Of a DNA stretch of 30,671 bases, positions 26,278 to 30,671 are shown in pieces. Each line of letters begins with the position of its first letter. The stretch's first letter is position 1. The position numbers and the translations under genes were made by a program. The stretch comes from Oligoflexus sp. (GTDB lineage: Bacteria > Bdellovibrionota_B > Oligoflexia > Oligoflexales > Oligoflexaceae): assembly GCA_041736305.1 (NCBI GenBank), contig JBGSTX010000083.1, positions 1-30,671 on the forward strand, given 5' to 3'. The notes under the pieces are model-generated. The model was given only the letters and a program-made list of their open reading frames with translations, was not told the DNA's origin and did not search any database.

Positions 26278-26829
26278 ATGAGGACACTGAGAAAGTTTAA
26301 TAAAAGCATAAGCCTAGCCCTAACGCTTTGGCTGGCGGGCTGCGATGGACAAGCTGAGATGGAAGCAGAAGCCAAATCAGGGAATGTAGGAATAGAGGCG
26401 ACTCCCCAAGCTGCGGAAAAGGCTAGTGCGGAGACCAACGCCCCTGCCGGTACTTCGCCGAGCAAAGCAGCTCCAGTGAACAAAGTGGTTCTCAATGGCT
26501 TCTATCAAATCAAAGACGCGCGTCCCGCTCAGGTTTGTGGCGCTGAAGGCTTCGCCTATCTTTGGCAAGGCTATCTCGTTCCTGAGTGTGGTGGCTGCCA
26601 CTACGCTGGAAATAAATTCAACGTGAGCGCCTTTGCGAATGCTCCCAGCCTCGACACTTCCTATTCGGTCATGAGCAGCATCGTCAATCGCCAAACCTTT
26701 GTGGAGGCGACGAAGGTCAATCCATTCTGTATCAAATGCATCCTCAAGCCCGAAGATCCCTTGGCAGCTGACCTAGCCTATTTCGCTCAAAACGTTAGAA
26801 CCTGTCCCACAGCAAGTGCCACTCCCTAA
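26278..26829 (+). CDS. Uncharacterised lipoprotein with a single CxxCH heme-c motif
   Basis: Lipobox LWLAGC, A/P/E/S-rich linker, ECGGCH, extra CIKC and two single Cys; RBS AAGGGG. Confidence 0.7.
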   Translation: MRTLRKFNKSISLALTLWLAGCDGQAEMEAEAKSGNVGIEATPQAAEKASAETNAPAGTSPSKAAPVNKVVLNGFYQIKDARPAQVCGAEGFAYLWQGYLVPECGGCHYAGNKFNVSAFANAPSLDTSYSVMSSIVNRQTFVEATKVNPFCIKCILKPEDPLAADLAYFAQNVRTCPTASATP

Positions 26830-27055
26830 GAAGCTGAGCGCGCAGTCGCTCCAGGCCAGAGATGAGCGAAATTTTATTAAGTTTCTGCGCTGAAAAGCTT
26901 TCAAATCTCTTCATAAAGAGCAGCTTGACTTAGCCAAGCTCTCGTCCTTCTGCTTTTACAAAGCTATTACATTGTTCATGCGCCTAATCCCTTAGAGTCA
27001 GCAGCGTGAACTCAGCGTGCAGTTTGCCTCATGGCTTTTCGAAAGGGAATTTCTT

Positions 27056-27940
27056 ATGGCCACCTATCTTCGATCTTTGCCTGACGAGACTGAACGCTTC
27101 GATCCAGCTCGCATAGCCTATCTGATCGTTGCCCACATCCTGGCTGTCGTCGGCCTTTTCAATTTTACCTGGCAGGCTTTTACGGCTTTTTTCGTGCTCT
27201 ATATCATCACCGGAGTGGGCATTACCTTCGGCTATCATCGGCTCTTTACGCATCGATCTTTCAAAGTTCCTCGTCCTCTTGAAATCTTTTCCGCTCTGGC
27301 TGCGACCCTAGCTATGCAGGGTAATATCCTGCGCTGGGTGGTTCATCATCGCATGCATCATGCTTACTCGGACAAGTCCCGCGATCCTCACGACGCTACG
27401 CGCGGCTTCTGGTATAGCCACATCGTATGGGTCTGCCAGCACGAAAAGCATCTGGCGAACGCGACTGAAGTTCGGCGCTTTGGCCGCGACATCACCGCTG
27501 ACCCCGTGCTTATGCTGATGTCTACGGATACTTTCATGGTGGCTCTACAGGTGCTGCTAGGGGCTGGGCTCTGGATATTTGGTGGCTGGGAAGTGATGCT
27601 TTGGGGCATTTGGGTCAGGGTAGTAGCCGTCTATCATGCAACTTGGTTTGTCAACAGCGCGGCCCATAAGTGGGGCTACCGCAACTATCGCGATGCAGAC
27701 AGCGCGACCAATTGCTGGTGGGTGAGCCTCATAACCTTCGGCGAAGGTTGGCACAACAATCATCACGCTCACAGTAACGTCGCACCTGCTGGCCGCAAGT
27801 GGTGGGAATTCGATATGACTTGGCAGTTGATCAAGCTGCTCAGCGTCTTTGGTTTGGCCACGGATATCAAGCTACCGCCCGATATCGAGCGCGATCCCAG
27901 TGCGTTTATGAAGGTCGAGGGTGCGTTGAAAAAAGCGTGA
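27056..27940 (+). CDS. Membrane fatty-acid (Delta9-type) desaturase
   Basis: His boxes HRLFTH, HRMHH, GEGWHNNHH; DPH; VNSAAH. Start re-called to ATG 27056 after GAAAGGGA. Confidence 0.94.
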   Translation: MATYLRSLPDETERFDPARIAYLIVAHILAVVGLFNFTWQAFTAFFVLYIITGVGITFGYHRLFTHRSFKVPRPLEIFSALAATLAMQGNILRWVVHHRMHHAYSDKSRDPHDATRGFWYSHIVWVCQHEKHLANATEVRRFGRDITADPVLMLMSTDTFMVALQVLLGAGLWIFGGWEVMLWGIWVRVVAVYHATWFVNSAAHKWGYRNYRDADSATNCWWVSLITFGEGWHNNHHAHSNVAPAGRKWWEFDMTWQLIKLLSVFGLATDIKLPPDIERDPSAFMKVEGALKKA

Positions 27941-27986
27941 GTCGGTGCTATTAAAGCCTTCATGATTTTTTTCGATGAGGGACTCT

Positions 27987-28523
27987 ATGGAAGCTGTAAA
28001 AGTTACCAATAAATGCTACTTCGACGTACAAATAGGCAACGCCAAGCCCGAGCGTATCGTAATCGGACTCTTTGGCGATGTTGTTCCCAAAACGACGGCC
28101 AATTTCCTCTCTCTCTGTACCGGTGATAAAGGTCAGGGCAAATCAGGCAAGGCACTGGCATACAAGGGCAGTAAATTCCACCGCATCATTCCCAATTTCA
28201 TGATCCAAGGTGGCGATTTTACGCGTGGCGATGGCACCGGTGGTGAGTCTATCTACGGCGAAAAATTCCAGGATGAGAATTTTAAGTTGAAGCACGAGGC
28301 TCCAGGTTATTTGAGCATGGCGAATGCTGGCCCCAATACCAACGGCTCGCAGTTCTTCATCACGACAATTAAGACGCCTTGGCTCGACGGACGCCACGTG
28401 GTTTTTGGTCAGGTTCTCGAAGGTCTAGAAGTGGTCAAAAAGATCGAAGAGCAGGGTAGTGATAGCGGTAAGCCTAAGGCTGAAGTTGTCATTGCTGACG
28501 CAGGCGAGCTACCTCTGAGTTGA
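27987..28523 (+). CDS. Cyclophilin-type peptidyl-prolyl cis-trans isomerase
   Basis: [56 protein letters not shown] 27987 after GAGGG (alternative 27975). Confidence 0.97.
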   Translation: MEAVKVTNKCYFDVQIGNAKPERIVIGLFGDVVPKTTANFLSLCTGDKGQGKSGKALAYKGSKFHRIIPNFMIQGGDFTRGDGTGGESIYGEKFQDENFKLKHEAPGYLSMANAGPNTNGSQFFITTIKTPWLDGRHVVFGQVLEGLEVVKKIEEQGSDSGKPKAEVVIADAGELPLS

Positions 28524-28547
28524 TTTCCGCCAGATTTTTCTGCCAAG

Positions 28548-28578
28548 AAAAAGCTCGCCTCCACGAGAGAGGCGAGCT
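28548..28578 (-). terminator. Rho-independent terminator downstream of ahcY (may also serve the convergent cyclophilin gene)
   Basis: Perfect 10-bp stem AGCTCGCCTC (28552-28561) / GAGGCGAGCT (28569-28578), 7-nt loop, A-tract at 28548-28552 giving a U-tract on the minus strand. Confidence 0.8.
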
Positions 28579-28598
28579 AGTCATCCTAAGATAACATC

Positions 28599-29957
28599 TT
28601 AGTACTTATATTCATCAAGCTTGTAAGGCCCTTCGACCTTAACGTTGATGTACTTTGCTTGCTCTGGGGTGAGCTGAGTGATGACGCCGCTAAAGCCTTC
28701 CACCATGTTACGAGCCACTTCTTCATCAAGCTTCTTGGGTAGAACTTTGACGAAGAGGGGTTCGCTCTTCTTATCAGCCCACTTCTTGGAATAAAGATAC
28801 ATCTGCGCTAGCACCTGGTTGGCGAACGAGCCGTCCATGATGCGCGAAGGGTGACCAGTCGCGTTACCGAGGTTTACGAGACGACCTTCCGAAAGGAGGA
28901 TGAGGAAGTTTTCTTCATCTTTGCTATCACGGAAAATCTTGTGTACCTGCGGCTTCACTTCTTGCCACTCAAATTTTTCGCGGAGGAACTTGGTGTCGAT
29001 TTCGTTATCGAAGTGACCAATGTTACAAATCACGGCGCCTGATTTCACAGCGGTCAGCATGTGCTTGTCACAGACGTTGATGTTACCAGTAGTGGTGACG
29101 ATCAGATCTGTGTTGCCGAGGAGGGTCTTATCAATGCCTTCAGCTGTGCCGGTGTTAACACCGTTTTTGTAAGGAGAAACGACTTCATAGCCGTCCATGC
29201 AGGCTTGCATCGCACAGATAGGATCGATCTCAGAGACCTTGACGATCATACCCTCTTGGCGCAAGCTCTGCGCTGAGCCCTTACCAACATCGCCGTAGCC
29301 GATCACGAGCGCTTTCTTACCAGAAAGGAGCATGTCGGTACCGCGCTTGATAGCGTCGTTGAGGCTGTGACGGCAGCCGTACTTGTTGTCATTCTTTGAT
29401 TTGGTGATGGAATCGTTGACGTTGATGGCAGGAACTTTGAGTTCACCTTTGCTCATCATGTCCATCAAGCGATGCACGCCTGTGGTGGTCTCTTCGGTGA
29501 TACCGTGAATTTTGTTGAGGAGCTGTGGGTATTTATGGTGAATCATTTCGGTGAGGTCACCACCGTCGTCAAGAATCATGTTGACGTCCCAAGGCTTGCC
29601 GTCCTTCAGGATAGTTTGCTCGATGCACCAGCTGCCTTCTTCATTGGTCTGGCCTTTCCAAGCATAGACGGCGACGCCTGCAGCGGCCATGGCAGCTGCG
29701 GCGTGATCTTGGGTCGAGAAGATGTTGCAAGAGGACCAGCGCACTTCTGCACCGAGTTGGACGAGGGTTTCGATCAGAACGGCAGTTTGTATCGTCATGT
29801 GGATACAGCCGATGATTTTTGCGTCCTTGAGAGGTTGGGTGCTGCCGTGCTTGCGTCGGAGAGCCATGAGAGCCGGCATTTCACGCTCGGCGAGTTTGAT
29901 TTCGCGACGGCCGAAATCGGCCAGGCTAATGTCTGCTACTTTGTAATCTTTACCCAT
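28599..29957 (-). CDS. ahcY: Adenosylhomocysteinase
   Basis: [62 protein letters not shown]. Confidence 0.99.
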   Translation of the reverse strand: MGKDYKVADISLADFGRREIKLAEREMPALMALRRKHGSTQPLKDAKIIGCIHMTIQTAVLIETLVQLGAEVRWSSCNIFSTQDHAAAAMAAAGVAVYAWKGQTNEEGSWCIEQTILKDGKPWDVNMILDDGGDLTEMIHHKYPQLLNKIHGITEETTTGVHRLMDMMSKGELKVPAINVNDSITKSKNDNKYGCRHSLNDAIKRGTDMLLSGKKALVIGYGDVGKGSAQSLRQEGMIVKVSEIDPICAMQACMDGYEVVSPYKNGVNTGTAEGIDKTLLGNTDLIVTTTGNINVCDKHMLTAVKSGAVICNIGHFDNEIDTKFLREKFEWQEVKPQVHKIFRDSKDEENFLILLSEGRLVNLGNATGHPSRIMDGSFANQVLAQMYLYSKKWADKKSEPLFVKVLPKKLDEEVARNMVEGFSGVITQLTPEQAKYINVKVEGPYKLDEYKY

Positions 29958-29985
29958 AATCTTTTATCCTCGATGAGCGTGAATT

Positions 29986-30671
29986 TTATAGAGATCGAAA
30001 TAGCTTCAGCTGAATCTGGAAGCCATTTTTTAAACCTAAATACAAACTTTGTTCTTCGCTGAATCCGCTGCTACTGCCCCATTCTTTGAGATCCTGCGGA
30101 TCGAAACCCAGCCAGACGTCGCCGCAGGATTCCCGTGTCCACTCCTGATTGTGGGAGCAGAGGTCGGCTATCAGCAGGTAGGCGTCTTGTTTGACGAGCT
30201 TACGCAACTTTTGGAAAGCCTGCGCGGGAGAAGGCATGTGATGCAGGACCATGTTCAGGACTACGGCGTCGAAACCTGCTGGCTCAGGGGAGAAATCTTC
30301 TAGCGAGCTTTGGATAAACTTGATTTTGTCTTTGCTCGCTAGCTTGGTCTTGGTGAGGCCGAGCATCTCTTCGGAGCTGTCGAGGGCTACTAGCGAATCG
30401 TAGCGCTTTGCGAGCTCTTTGAGGAGCTCCCCTTGGCCGGGTCCGACTTCTATCAGACGGCTTTTTTTAGGCAGATCCATGAGATCGAGCAGCTCTTGCA
30501 AATTGGGCAGGTACTGCGAGAGTTCGCAGAGCATACCTTGGTTCTCTTCGAACTTATCGACGTTGCGTTCGAAGTAGAGGCGCGATTGTGAAGCTCGATC
30601 TACGTAGGTGCTTTGGATAGTGCGGGCGTATGCCTCAGATAGAGGTAGATCCGCTATCGTTGCAAAGAGAC
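29986..30671 (-). CDS. sahR: ArsR/SAM-methyltransferase-fold regulator SahR, 5'-partial (only linker and methyltransferase domain in window)
   Basis: Frame stays open upstream of the track start 30534 to the window edge (...LFATIADLPLSEAYARTIQSTYVDRASQSRLYFERN...); EVGPGQG, NMVLHH.PSP, LLIADL..H.QEW.RE.CGD.WLGF; directly upstream of ahcY. The ArsR domain itself is not visible. Confidence 0.8.
   Translation of the reverse strand, partial: LFATIADLPLSEAYARTIQSTYVDRASQSRLYFERNVDKFEENQGMLCELSQYLPNLQELLDLMDLPKKSRLIEVGPGQGELLKELAKRYDSLVALDSSEEMLGLTKTKLASKDKIKFIQSSLEDFSPEPAGFDAVVLNMVLHHMPSPAQAFQKLRKLVKQDAYLLIADLCSHNQEWTRESCGDVWLGFDPQDLKEWGSSSGFSEEQSLYLGLKNGFQIQLKLFRSL

Noticed and set aside
26190-26495. 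101-aa minus-strand ORF overlapping the heme lipoprotein
   Set aside because: Antisense shadow; the plus-strand ORF has an RBS, lipobox and CxxCH.
26955-26976. TTTACA/ATTACA at 11-bp spacing upstream of the desaturase as a second CarH operator
   Set aside because: The second repeat lacks the conserved T, there is no third repeat, and the region is AT-rich, so chance cannot be excluded.
29472-30062. 196-aa plus-strand ORF and other long antisense ORFs within ahcY, mcp, cheR and ABC-F
   Set aside because: They lie antisense to conserved genes and are explained by codon bias.
1-30671. CRISPR arrays, tRNA/rRNA, IS elements, riboswitches
   Set aside because: None recognised by eye; intergenic gaps are short. 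A covariance-model (Infernal/Rfam) search was not possible, so small ncRNAs cannot be excluded.

Overview
Gene-dense bacterial chromosomal window with no rRNA, tRNA, CRISPR or mobile element seen. Gene content suggests an Oligoflexia/Bdellovibrionota-like organism (inference only). The most striking feature is missing from the ORF track because it runs off the left edge: a stop-free minus-strand frame from ATG 3579 to base 1 (at least 1193 codons). It encodes a gamma-glutamylcyclotransferase / MAPR-like cytochrome b5 / IDO-PrnB-like heme domain / FAD-NAD(P)H reductase / canonical cytochrome b5 fusion, divergent from a GST-like gene and mgsA. Next come a lipoprotein lambda-type lysozyme with a HEAT-repeat partner, a ceramidase-like protein, an MFS transporter, a membrane PP2C phosphatase, a carotenoid oxygenase, an ABC-F ATPase, an NMT1-sensor hybrid kinase and an esterase. 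A cheY-less chemotaxis operon (cheA-cheW-mcp-cheR-cheD::cheB fusion) lies divergent from a CarH-like MerR-B12 regulator, with CarH-type 11-bp repeats in the spacer. nsrR lies divergent from an uncharacterised heme-c lipoprotein whose sigma28-like promoter overlaps an NsrR-like box. The window ends with a fatty-acid desaturase, a eukaryote-like cyclophilin, ahcY and a partial sahR. All family calls are by manual motif recognition; no database searches were run.
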